DNA of 59,747 nucleotides from Candidatus Moraniibacteriota bacterium. Lineage in GTDB: Bacteria > Patescibacteriota > Minisyncoccia > Moranbacterales > GCA-2747515. This document shows positions 20,291 to 29,401 of this stretch, piece by piece. The stretch lies in assembly GCA_002747515.1 (NCBI GenBank), contig PDPP01000020.1, positions 1-59,747 on the forward strand, written 5' to 3'. Both the position numbers and the translations under genes were made by a program. The notes beneath the pieces are model-generated. The model made no database searches. It saw only the letters and a list, made by a program, of their open reading frames with translations, and was not told the DNA's origin. Numbering within the stretch: the first letter of the stretch is position 1; each line of letters starts with the position of its first letter.

Positions 20291-22012
20291 ATGAAAAAGA
20301 CTACGGTGTCATTTATCGTTATATCTTTGTTCATCACGGCGTTGCTCACCGGATGCGGAGGCTTGCCAAATGAGGCAAAGGATAAAGCTGAAAAAGTTCC
20401 AACAGATATAAATGCTGTGTTCAAAAAGGTTGAAGCAAAAGAAGCACAGTTCACGTTAATGCAATCATCTGTCGATTGGAAGATTTTTGAGCAATATGCG
20501 AAAAGGGAAAATTGGCAGAATAACTTTGCGGAGGCACATCAGTATTGTGCAAAAGCAAAGTCTGTGTATGAGCAAAAAGTTATTCCGATTATCAAGAGAA
20601 ATAAAGAAGAGGACGTGAGCACATTATTTGTGCATATTGGCACAATTAAAAAACTTCTGCGACAGGCAGAAGGTGCTGCTAACACACCTTTTCGCCGGAA
20701 AGCTGTTTTGGAACAGGCGAGTAAAAATAGCCAGAAATGGGTAAAAGATGCAAAGGAAAATGTAGCGTCTATTGATGCGTTGCTTGCAGTTGCACAAAAG
20801 AAAACCATTAAGGCAAAAGCTGATGCTAAAAAGTATGGTTGGTCCAAATCTGACAAGGATTTTGATGGAGCAATTGGACCATTGAAGATTAAGAAGGAAC
20901 AGGCACATGAGTTATTTCATGTGGCTGAGAGTGAATCAAAAAAAGGCACGAATGCTGATTTAGCACTTCTTGCCGATTCTGTGAATGATATCAAAAACAT
21001 TCTTCTATCCTTGCAGAAAAAACAACCAGATTTTTTGGCAAAAATAGATCAATTATATCACAGTTATTCTAAAATTCTTGAGGATATGCGTATCGAGAAT
21101 TATGTGAAAATTGGTCGCGCGAGCTGGGATGATTCCTCGGACTGGAATACGACAAAGGAGGTGTTTATTACTTCCAAGCAGGTTAGCGAAGAGGTTCTTG
21201 AATTTTTCAGTACTAAAAGTGAAATTGGAACCTTTTATGCAGGTTTGTTTGGTTCAGGAGGGTTCAAATTGCAAGCCAATATAACTCAAAAGTATTGGGA
21301 TGCCTTAGGGATTAATCCAAAGCAAAATTGGCCAAGTAATTCTCACAACATGGCTGAGTATTGGGTGGAAGATGTTATTTTAATAGCATTTCACAAGTAT
21401 ATCATCGTACAAGATGGTGTTGAGAAAAAAACAGACTGGGTTCGAGTTGATGAGGATTTTTACTGGGAAAATGAGCAGAACCTAGGAATGACGATTGTGT
21501 CAAAACCATATGGCATGTATGAATCAGAGGTTGTCAAGCAAGCAATGCCCGCTGGTATGAATTGCATCGCTACGCCACGCGTTGCTGCTGATGGATCTGT
21601 CAGTGGTTCAAATCAATATGGCGAGTGGAAAAAGGATACCTCAACAGGTTCATATTTCTGGAGTGCATTTGCTGGAAGTGCTGTTGCGAATATGTTGTTT
21701 GGTGGGAATACCTATTATTACAATGATTGGAATACCTGGAATAAAAATTATCGTGGCAAAAAAGCATATTACGGTAATGATGATCAATATGGTACCTATG
21801 GGTATCATACATATCGATCTGGATCCAGATATAATCAAGGATATTATGCCAAGGCGAATCCAGAAAGTGTTCGCAAATCACGAACAGAAAGGGTGTCTAC
21901 AAAGAACAATGTGAATCGTTCTCATGCGACTAATAGGTCGCAGAAAGTATCTGTTCGTGGAGCAGGTCCTGCTAATCGGGGACGCGGTGCATCAGGAAAA
22001 GGCGGAAAGTAA
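20291..22012 (+). CDS. Large lipoprotein with coiled coils and a Tyr/Gly/Arg-rich tail
   Basis: Lipobox LLTGC; ends SVRGAGPANRGRGASGKGGK. Confidence 0.75.
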   Translation: MKKTTVSFIVISLFITALLTGCGGLPNEAKDKAEKVPTDINAVFKKVEAKEAQFTLMQSSVDWKIFEQYAKRENWQNNFAEAHQYCAKAKSVYEQKVIPIIKRNKEEDVSTLFVHIGTIKKLLRQAEGAANTPFRRKAVLEQASKNSQKWVKDAKENVASIDALLAVAQKKTIKAKADAKKYGWSKSDKDFDGAIGPLKIKKEQAHELFHVAESESKKGTNADLALLADSVNDIKNILLSLQKKQPDFLAKIDQLYHSYSKILEDMRIENYVKIGRASWDDSSDWNTTKEVFITSKQVSEEVLEFFSTKSEIGTFYAGLFGSGGFKLQANITQKYWDALGINPKQNWPSNSHNMAEYWVEDVILIAFHKYIIVQDGVEKKTDWVRVDEDFYWENEQNLGMTIVSKPYGMYESEVVKQAMPAGMNCIATPRVAADGSVSGSNQYGEWKKDTSTGSYFWSAFAGSAVANMLFGGNTYYYNDWNTWNKNYRGKKAYYGNDDQYGTYGYHTYRSGSRYNQGYYAKANPESVRKSRTERVSTKNNVNRSHATNRSQKVSVRGAGPANRGRGASGKGGK

Positions 22013-22044
22013 AGGTTGTTAAAAGTCTATATGGAGGAAATAAC

Positions 22045-22896
22045 ATGGAATTCATGAAAATTTTTGTTGGATTTGCACAGTCACTATGGTTTGTGGGCAT
22101 CGTTGGAGCCTTTCTCATTCTCACAAAGTATATGGCCGATAAACTGGCTGGATTTGATGCTGATGATATGATTGAGGAAAAGAGTAGTGTATCTGTTGGT
22201 TTTCGAAGGGCAGGACTGTATCTCGGAACAGCAATAGCGATGTATGGTGCCGTGGCAGGACAATCAAAGGGCTTTGCAAGTGATACGTTATCCCTTCTTA
22301 TCGATGGTGTAATGATTACTGTTTTTATGATTATTGCACGTGTGGTCAATGATAATTTGATTGTGCGAGGTATTAACAATAATCGTGCCATTGAAGAAGG
22401 GAATACAACGGTTGGAATTGTTGAAGCTGGATCGTATATAGCCACTGGTATAATCGCGTACGCTTCAGTGACTGGTGAAGGCGGTTCTTGGTGGAGTTCT
22501 TTGGTGTATTTTGTTCTTGGTCAGACTGTTTTGATTAGTGCAATGGCCCTGTATGAGAAAAATACCGCATGGAGTGTTATAGACAACATGCGAAAAGACA
22601 ATGTCTCTGCTGGACTAATGCTTGCAGGCATAATGATTTCTATCAGCATTGTCCTAAAAGGTGCAATTGCCGGTCCATTTCATGGATGGTTCCAAGATCT
22701 TGTTGGTTTTGGGATTAGTGCTGCTGCTGGACTCATGATGATTTTAATCATTCTTAACAAGTTCATTGACAGGTTCTTTTTGCCAGGAACAGATATTCGC
22801 ACAGAAATTGATCGAGATCACAACATTGCTGCAATTGCGATTGTTGTATCTGTAAAGATTGCACTGTCTTTTGTGATTAGTGCTGCAATCATCTAA
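22045..22896 (+). CDS. DUF350 (UPF0719) membrane protein with duplicated domains
   Basis: Repeated IEEGNTTVG / MRKDNVSAG / IDRDHNIAA motifs between TM pairs. Confidence 0.85.
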   Translation: MEFMKIFVGFAQSLWFVGIVGAFLILTKYMADKLAGFDADDMIEEKSSVSVGFRRAGLYLGTAIAMYGAVAGQSKGFASDTLSLLIDGVMITVFMIIARVVNDNLIVRGINNNRAIEEGNTTVGIVEAGSYIATGIIAYASVTGEGGSWWSSLVYFVLGQTVLISAMALYEKNTAWSVIDNMRKDNVSAGLMLAGIMISISIVLKGAIAGPFHGWFQDLVGFGISAAAGLMMILIILNKFIDRFFLPGTDIRTEIDRDHNIAAIAIVVSVKIALSFVISAAII

Positions 22897-22918
22897 ACTT
22901 TCAACTTCAAATAATATT

Positions 22919-22959
22919 GTGGATTTCGTAGAATTTTCTACGAAATCCACGCATTTTTT
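22919..22959 (+). terminator. Perfect 15-bp inverted repeat plus T tract inside the operon
   Basis: GTGGATTTCGTAGAA-TT-TTCTACGAAATCCAC then GCATTTTTT. Confidence 0.6.
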
Positions 22960-23043
22960 CTGTCTATTTTATGATGAAAAGTAGGCAGAAATAAATGTAG
23001 CACATTAAAAAAATGAAATATAAAGGACAAAGGAGAAAGTGAT

Positions 23044-24759
23044 ATGCAAACAGTAAATGTGTGTGTAGATAAAAAGATTCCTGTAAATAAAGAACGCTTG
23101 CTTACGTTTTTATTCGGATTTTGTATGTTTTCAACTGGTGGTGCTGGTTTAGTTAATGAATATATTCTTGCGACAATGACAACATATATTCTAGGTAATA
23201 GCATTGAACAGTTTTCTATTGTTATTGCTGCAATGATGCTTATGATGGGATTGTCTGGGTGGGTGCAAGAGAAAATTAGCGATGAATATAATATTGAAAA
23301 ATTTATAATCATTGAAACACTTCTTGCAATCCTTGGAGGATTTGCACCAATTGCTATCTATGCAGCATACGGTTTTTTCACAGACCATTTCGTATTTGTG
23401 CACTATTTTTTCGTATTATCAATTGGATTTCTCATTGGTTTTGAGATACCAATTGTGATGAGAATTATCAATCAATATGGAATTGGTATTAAGAAAAACT
23501 TAAAAATCGTGTATGCAATGGATTACATTGGGGCGTTTGTATTTGCAATCGTGTGGATTACGTTTCTGCTGAAACATTTTCCTTTAACAGAAATTAGTTT
23601 TTTTGTTAATGGCTTTAATTTTTTTGTTGCTTGTGTAACAATTGGATATTTTGTTGTGCAAAATGTCATCGTAAAGCGACGTGTTGTTATATTGGTTTTA
23701 ATTGCTACAGCACTTTCGCTTGTTTACGGATATATGCATAACCGTAGTTGGAATGTTCTAATGGAACAGAAGTTCTATGATGATCCGATTGTGCATGTTG
23801 AGACAACCAAATATCAACATCTGGTTCTTACGCAGGACAAAAAAAGGAATGATGTGCGATTGTACATCAACGGAGCAACACAATTTTCTTCGACAGATGA
23901 AAAGAGGTATCATGAACTTTTAGTGCATCCTGCGATGACGATATCGCATGATGTAAAAAATGTTTTGATACTTGGCGGAGGTGATGGGTTGGCATTGCGA
24001 GAAGTTTTGAAATATCGCGATGTGAAATCTGTAACACTTGCAGACTTAGATCCGGATATGGTGAAATTTGCTTCAACACATCCAATCATGCGTAAACTCA
24101 ATCGTGATTCATTTGCCGATGCGAGAGTATTTGTCAGAAAAACAAATAATCTCAAAAGCATTGGTCCAGATACTGTTTATCTTCAGTCAGACACGGTTCA
24201 CGTAGACGAATCTGAAAAAGTAGAGTTTGTTGCACAAGTCGATGTGTATCATGTTGATGCAGACCGATTTTTAAGTGAATTGCACGGCAAAAAATGGGAT
24301 GTTATTATTATTGACTTTCCTGATCCATCTAGTGTAGAGTTGGCGAAATTGTACTCACGGGAGTTTTATCGTAAACTGCAATGGATTATGCATGATGATA
24401 CAATTGTTGCTATTCAATCAACATCGCCGTATCATGCAAAAGAGGCTTTTCTCACAATTCAGCGCACGATGAATGCTGCTGGTTTAAAAACGATTCCGTA
24501 TAGGCAGAATATTCCCTCATTTGGTGATTGGGGATATATGCTTGCATGGCGTGGAGCAATTTCTGTAAAATCTATGAAAGATAAAATTCGTGACGTAGAT
24601 AATTTTCACATCACAACAGATTTTATTACACCTGATGTGATGATTGCTTCTATGGCATTCGGCAAAAATGAGTTGGTTAGTAAAAACACATGTGTTAATT
24701 CTCTCATGATGCCTTGTTTATTAAATCAGTATATAGACTATGGCTGGGCTGTTGAATGA
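23044..24759 (+). CDS. speE: Membrane-bound polyamine aminopropyltransferase (spermidine synthase-like)
   Basis: About 7 N-terminal TMs; QFSSTDEKRYHELLVHP, LILGGGDGLALREVLK, DFPDP, LYSREFY, PSFGDWG. Confidence 0.88.
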   Translation: MQTVNVCVDKKIPVNKERLLTFLFGFCMFSTGGAGLVNEYILATMTTYILGNSIEQFSIVIAAMMLMMGLSGWVQEKISDEYNIEKFIIIETLLAILGGFAPIAIYAAYGFFTDHFVFVHYFFVLSIGFLIGFEIPIVMRIINQYGIGIKKNLKIVYAMDYIGAFVFAIVWITFLLKHFPLTEISFFVNGFNFFVACVTIGYFVVQNVIVKRRVVILVLIATALSLVYGYMHNRSWNVLMEQKFYDDPIVHVETTKYQHLVLTQDKKRNDVRLYINGATQFSSTDEKRYHELLVHPAMTISHDVKNVLILGGGDGLALREVLKYRDVKSVTLADLDPDMVKFASTHPIMRKLNRDSFADARVFVRKTNNLKSIGPDTVYLQSDTVHVDESEKVEFVAQVDVYHVDADRFLSELHGKKWDVIIIDFPDPSSVELAKLYSREFYRKLQWIMHDDTIVAIQSTSPYHAKEAFLTIQRTMNAAGLKTIPYRQNIPSFGDWGYMLAWRGAISVKSMKDKIRDVDNFHITTDFITPDVMIASMAFGKNELVSKNTCVNSLMMPCLLNQYIDYGWAVE

Positions 24760-24833
24760 GAGGTGTGCATAGAAAAATTATGGGCAGAATATGCTTGTAA
24801 AATTTTCGTCATATTTATGGGAGGTTTTCTGTA

Positions 24834-25916
24834 ATGATTTTTAACACGCTTAGACGTATTAAAGGAGCCATTAAAGGAAATAGAATTTTTTTGTGGACTT
24901 TTTACACTTCTATAGCATTCCTTATATGGTTTATATTGTTGGCTGTTGTTCATAGATTTTGTGAACAATCAGATTGGATTACGTCGTTTTGGATGGCATG
25001 GGAAACGATGACGACAGTAGGGTATGGTGATGCTCCTGCTGTGACTACTGCTGGTAGAATCAGTACGATGTTGTTTGGTTCAGTTGGTATTGTTATTATG
25101 AGTGCTTTGTTTGGCACTATAGTTGTGTTAGTTGAATCCTATGATGAAAGAAGGAGAAAAGGCATGAATAGAAATCCCTATAAAGACTGTACAATTATCA
25201 TACACTTTCCAGGCACTCAACGTTTGAGTGCGTATGTCAAAGAAACACGTGAAACGCGACCAGATACAAAGGTTTGTATTGTGGATAATAGTATAGAAGA
25301 ATTACCCATAGAAATTCAAAATCTTGGTGGTATCCACTTTGTGAAGGGGAGTATGCTGGATCAGAATACCCATTTCATGTCTCGCATACATGAAGCAAGC
25401 ACGGTCATTATATTTCCTCCAAAAACAAATAGCATCGATGCAGATGCGATGACGAGTACATTGGTAAAACTTGTTGAGGAAGAAGTCTATGAAAGTGTGC
25501 GGTTGATTCATGTTGTTTCTGATAAGAGTAACATGCGTTTGTTTAAAGGATCGCGATCTGTGCCAATTTTAGAGCATCTTGAAGTTCTTTCAATCGTGCA
25601 AGAAAATCAAGATCCTCATTCAGCTCCAATTGTAGAGAAGTTACTACGGAATTCTGATGGGGGCAATCCTAAAAGTGTAAAAGTCAAAAAATGTTTTGGC
25701 ATCACATGGCATGAATTACAAATTCGATTTGCACATGCTACAAGTAGATTAGGTGTGCAGGCAAATTTGCTAGCTTTGGTCAGTGATAATGAAATTTATT
25801 TATGTCCAGATGCAGATTATATTCTTGCTTTTGGTGATGAATTATCCATCATAGCTAAGAATGACTTTGCTTGGCCGCCTGTGGAAGACGCAATGTGTGC
25901 AGAAATTTTTGAATAA
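24834..25916 (+). CDS. Two-TM potassium channel with RCK-like domain
   Basis: TMTTVGYGD selectivity filter; cytoplasmic RCK-like region. Confidence 0.88.
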   Translation: MIFNTLRRIKGAIKGNRIFLWTFYTSIAFLIWFILLAVVHRFCEQSDWITSFWMAWETMTTVGYGDAPAVTTAGRISTMLFGSVGIVIMSALFGTIVVLVESYDERRRKGMNRNPYKDCTIIIHFPGTQRLSAYVKETRETRPDTKVCIVDNSIEELPIEIQNLGGIHFVKGSMLDQNTHFMSRIHEASTVIIFPPKTNSIDADAMTSTLVKLVEEEVYESVRLIHVVSDKSNMRLFKGSRSVPILEHLEVLSIVQENQDPHSAPIVEKLLRNSDGGNPKSVKVKKCFGITWHELQIRFAHATSRLGVQANLLALVSDNEIYLCPDADYILAFGDELSIIAKNDFAWPPVEDAMCAEIFE

Positions 25917-25935
25917 ATTTGCAAAGGAGGAAAAA

Positions 25936-26283
25936 ATGGCACATCCGATTTTTTGGGTAGGACTTGTTGCGATAAAGATTTTTGGAGCTTTTTCTCTTGG
26001 AAAAAAATATCATGTTTCTTCTATGGAAGATGCTCTTAGAGATGAAATGCGAGCACAAAATGTTCCGGAGGAATATATTGGAACAATTCTTCAGAACATT
26101 AGAAAGAAAATCAGTGATCAAAATGAACACGTGACTCCAGATTACTTTATCGATTTATTCTTGGAGGTGATTGATGAAAATGTGGCTCTGGCTACTGAGT
26201 GGTTAGATAAAACCATAGAATCAGCAAATCAAAAAATCGCAAAAACATTACGTCACATCGCAGATGTTTTTGATAAAAAGTAA
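25936..26283 (+). CDS. Hypothetical protein, last gene of the cluster
   Basis: AAGGAGG RBS before ATG 25936; terminator-like hairpin at about 26300-26336. Confidence 0.6.
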   Translation: MAHPIFWVGLVAIKIFGAFSLGKKYHVSSMEDALRDEMRAQNVPEEYIGTILQNIRKKISDQNEHVTPDYFIDLFLEVIDENVALATEWLDKTIESANQKIAKTLRHIADVFDKK

Positions 26284-26398
26284 TCAAAGCTTACTTTATA
26301 AGCGAGAAAGAAAAATTCTATCTCGCTTTTATTTTTCTAGGATGGTATTGATAGTGTCGAGGTAGGTATGTATTGTTTGTTTAACAAAAAATTTTTGT

Positions 26399-26427
26399 TT
26401 GACAAAAATATAAAAAATTAGTATAGT
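26399..26427 (+). promoter_or_regulatory. Sigma70-type promoter of the T-box/glyS transcript
   Basis: TTGACA (26399-26404), 17 bp spacer, TATAGT (26422-26427). Confidence 0.8.
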
Positions 26428-26432
26428 TCCTC

Positions 26433-26588
26433 TGCGGATGAGTGAGTAGTGGCGTACTCACAGGGAAACAATATGAGAGGTGTTTGAGAAAGAATTCTCA
26501 AAAATACAGGTGGAACCGCGGGTTCAAAAGACTCGTCCTGATAATTTTACTGTTTATGTGAAATGATGAGGATGGGTTTTTTATTTTT
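26433..26588 (+). ncRNA. T-box riboswitch (glycine), transcriptional, compact
   Basis: T-box AATACAGGTGGAACCGCG (26503-26520); antiterminator 3' strand CGTCCTG; terminator ACTCGTCCT...AGGATGGGT-TTTTT; upstream of glyS. Confidence 0.85.
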
Positions 26589-26603
26589 CAATATAAGAAA
26601 TAT

Positions 26604-26999
26604 ATGTCTAAAGAAAAATTAATTGATGCACTTGTGCGAAATATATGGGGAAGTTGGGATGAACTGTATACTGCAACAAGAAATTTGATAAATGTAGTAC
26701 ATGATAATCGTGAGATTGGAAGTAAGCAATTCAAAAATGCGCTTATAGGTAGTACACAATTATCTTCAGATGAATACATACTTGCGATAAAAGCAATTGA
26801 AAAATCTATTACGTACGTGAAGAAAAAAGAGGAAAATAAAGAGATATATAAACCAGAAGAGAAAAAACAGGAAAATTCATCTGAAAAAACACAAAAAGTT
26901 GTAACAAAAGAAATGATTCAAGATGCTAAATATATGGAACAAAGAGAGATGAAACGTGCAGGTGGAGAACAATCATATAATCGTACAATGTTTAAATAA
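26604..26999 (+). CDS. Hypothetical protein between the T-box and glyS
   Basis: 131-aa charged ORF ending 13 bp before the glyS ATG. Confidence 0.65.
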   Translation: MSKEKLIDALVRNIWGSWDELYTATRNLINVVHDNREIGSKQFKNALIGSTQLSSDEYILAIKAIEKSITYVKKKEENKEIYKPEEKKQENSSEKTQKVVTKEMIQDAKYMEQREMKRAGGEQSYNRTMFK

Positions 27000-27012
27000 T
27001 AATTATAAATAT

Positions 27013-28401
27013 ATGTCAGAAAAAAATAATGTGCTCATGGAAAATATTGTGAGTTTTGCAAAACGTCGGGGATTTGTATTTGCGTCAAGTGAAATTTATG
27101 GTGGTTTTGCTGCGGTGTATGATTTTGGTCCCTATGGTGCAGAATTAGCAAAAAATATTCGTGAAGCATGGTGGAAGGCAATGGTGCAAGAAAATGAAAA
27201 TATTGTTGGACTTGATAGTAGTATTTTTATGCATCCACGCATATGGGAAGCGTCAGGTCATGTGGGTGGATTTAGCGATCCACTTTCTGAATGTAAAAAT
27301 TGTCATGCACGTGTGCGTGTAGACCATCTTTTGGAGGATGCTGGTGTTTTTGCTGATGAAAAAATGTCTGAAGAAGAAATTAATGCATTACTTTCGGAAA
27401 ATGTAGATAAATTATCATGCCCAAAATGCGGAAAAAATGAATTTGCCAAGGCGAAGAATTTTAATTTACTTGTCCAATCAAATCTTGGAAACTTTACAGG
27501 TGATTGGACAAAGGAGCCAACATATTTACGAGGTGAAACATGTCAGGGTATTTATGTGAATTATAAAAACGTACTTAATTCAACACGTGTAAAGGTGCCA
27601 TTTGGCATTGCACAAATTGGAAAAGCATTTCGCAATGAAATTACTGCGAGACAATTCATTTTTCGTAAACGTGAATTTGAACAAATGGAGATGCAAATGT
27701 TTGTACATCCAGATGAGGCGAGTGATATCTATGAAAAGTGGCGTAAAAGGCGATGGCAATACTGTCTTGACTTGGGAATTCGAGAAGAAAATTTGCGGTG
27801 GCATGAACATGAAAATCTCGTATTTTATGCACGTGCTGCATGGGACATTGAATACAAATTTCCATTTGGTTTTAAAGAGTTAGAAGGAGTGCATGCGCGA
27901 GGTAATTATGATTTGACACAACATGCAAAGTTTTCTGGTAAAAAATTAGAGTATCGTAATCCACAAACAAATGAAACATTTGTACCACATGTTGTAGAAA
28001 CATCTGTTGGTGTGGATCGCACATTTCTTGCGGTGCTTACTGATGCTTATACAGAGGAGCAATTAGAAGATGGCAAAACACGTATAGTATTAAAATTACC
28101 AAAAAAGTTAGCTCCGGTGAAAGTTGCAATTTTTCCACTTCTTAAAAACAAGCCAGAGCTTGTAGAAAAAGCACGTGCTATTTATGATGAATTAAAGCAA
28201 ATTTATATGTGTGAGTTTGACGACAATGGAAATGTTGGTAAGCGGTATCGTCGTCAAGATGAGATTGGAACACCATATTGTATAACTGTGGATTTTGATA
28301 CGATTAAGAATGGTGAAGTGACTGTACGCAATCGTGATACAATGAAGCAGAAAAGGGTTGCAGTTGATGAATTAGAGGTTTTTCTTGCAAAAAATCTCTA
28401 A
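27013..28401 (+). CDS. glyS: Glycine--tRNA ligase (alpha2, eukaryote-like type)
   Basis: AKRRGFVF.SSEIYGG, YLRGETCQG, GKAFRNEI, REFEQME, GKRYRRQDEIGTPYC; start placed at ATG 27013. Confidence 0.97.
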   Translation: MSEKNNVLMENIVSFAKRRGFVFASSEIYGGFAAVYDFGPYGAELAKNIREAWWKAMVQENENIVGLDSSIFMHPRIWEASGHVGGFSDPLSECKNCHARVRVDHLLEDAGVFADEKMSEEEINALLSENVDKLSCPKCGKNEFAKAKNFNLLVQSNLGNFTGDWTKEPTYLRGETCQGIYVNYKNVLNSTRVKVPFGIAQIGKAFRNEITARQFIFRKREFEQMEMQMFVHPDEASDIYEKWRKRRWQYCLDLGIREENLRWHEHENLVFYARAAWDIEYKFPFGFKELEGVHARGNYDLTQHAKFSGKKLEYRNPQTNETFVPHVVETSVGVDRTFLAVLTDAYTEEQLEDGKTRIVLKLPKKLAPVKVAIFPLLKNKPELVEKARAIYDELKQIYMCEFDDNGNVGKRYRRQDEIGTPYCITVDFDTIKNGEVTVRNRDTMKQKRVAVDELEVFLAKNL

Positions 28402-28574
28402 ATTGTGATGAGATTGAAATAATAAGAAAAATATTGTGGTAAAAGCGTATCGTGATTTTTATTATGTGTTTTTGGTGTTATTGTATGTATATATGATTAT
28501 TTTGTGAACTATATAGTTGACGTGGAGATAAAAAAAACATTTAATAGAGATGTAAGTAGTTAATATTTTTTATT

Positions 28575-28976
28575 ATGAAAAAAATATTTTTTTCACTCAG
28601 TTCCTTTTTTGGAATTTTTGTTTTTGCACAGAATGTGTTGGCAGAGTGCACGTTAAATGGAGAAGTCATACCATGTGAGGATGTGCCAAAATGGCTTTTC
28701 GTTTTCCCATTTGTATTTATGGGAGTGTTTTTTATTTTTTTATTTCTTGGTGTAGCATTGTGGATTTGGATGCTTGTTGATGCAATAAAAAATGAAAAAG
28801 ATAATGATCTTATCGTGTGGGTTTTGGTGCTTGTGTTTTTACAGATTTTTGGTGCGATTATATACTATTTTGTACGAAAACGACCACGAAACAAAGTTGA
28901 GAATAATGCATTAGAAATGAACGCACAATCGCAAAAAGAAGAAAAAATTAATGATCAATCTAAGCTGAAAAACTAG
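28575..28976 (+). CDS. PLDc_N-like membrane protein, copy 1
   Basis: LWIWMLVDA...VWVLVLVFLQIFGAIIYYFVRKRPR. Confidence 0.8.
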   Translation: MKKIFFSLSSFFGIFVFAQNVLAECTLNGEVIPCEDVPKWLFVFPFVFMGVFFIFLFLGVALWIWMLVDAIKNEKDNDLIVWVLVLVFLQIFGAIIYYFVRKRPRNKVENNALEMNAQSQKEEKINDQSKLKN

Positions 28977-28997
28977 ATAGTAATTTGGTATAAACCT

Positions 28998-29381
28998 ATG
29001 AAAAAAATTATTTACACCTCATTATTTTCATTGTTTGGTATGGGTGTGTTTGTGCAAAATGTTTTAGCACAAACTAGTGCTAATGAAAAATCAACAGAGT
29101 CTGGTGAGATTGCTGTTGCAGTAATAGGTGCAATGATGATTTTTGGTGTTTCGGTTGTGTATTTTCTTTTTATAGGAATGATATTGATTGTTTCAATTTT
29201 AGGAACTGTTTTGTGGATATGGATGATCATTGATGCTGCAAAAAATGAAAAAAATGATGATTTACTTGTTTGGATTCTTATTTTAGTGTTTTTACAATTT
29301 ATTGGAGCGGTTGTGTATTATTTTGTGCGTAAGCGACCACGTGATCAAAAAAAGAAAAATGGAGGAGTGTCTGTGAGTTAA
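28998..29381 (+). CDS. PLDc_N-like membrane protein, copy 2 (tandem paralog)
   Basis: LWIWMIIDA...VWILILVFLQFIGAVVYYFVRKRPR. Confidence 0.8.
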   Translation: MKKIIYTSLFSLFGMGVFVQNVLAQTSANEKSTESGEIAVAVIGAMMIFGVSVVYFLFIGMILIVSILGTVLWIWMIIDAAKNEKNDDLLVWILILVFLQFIGAVVYYFVRKRPRDQKKKNGGVSVS

Positions 29382-29401
29382 TTCATTTAATAGAAGAAGG
29401 T

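Noticed and set aside
26956-27012. ORF-track upstream starts for glyS (also cobW 8759, rpsT 12720, holA 11182)
   Set aside because: These extensions overlap neighbours or are low-complexity; family-typical N-termini begin at downstream ATGs.
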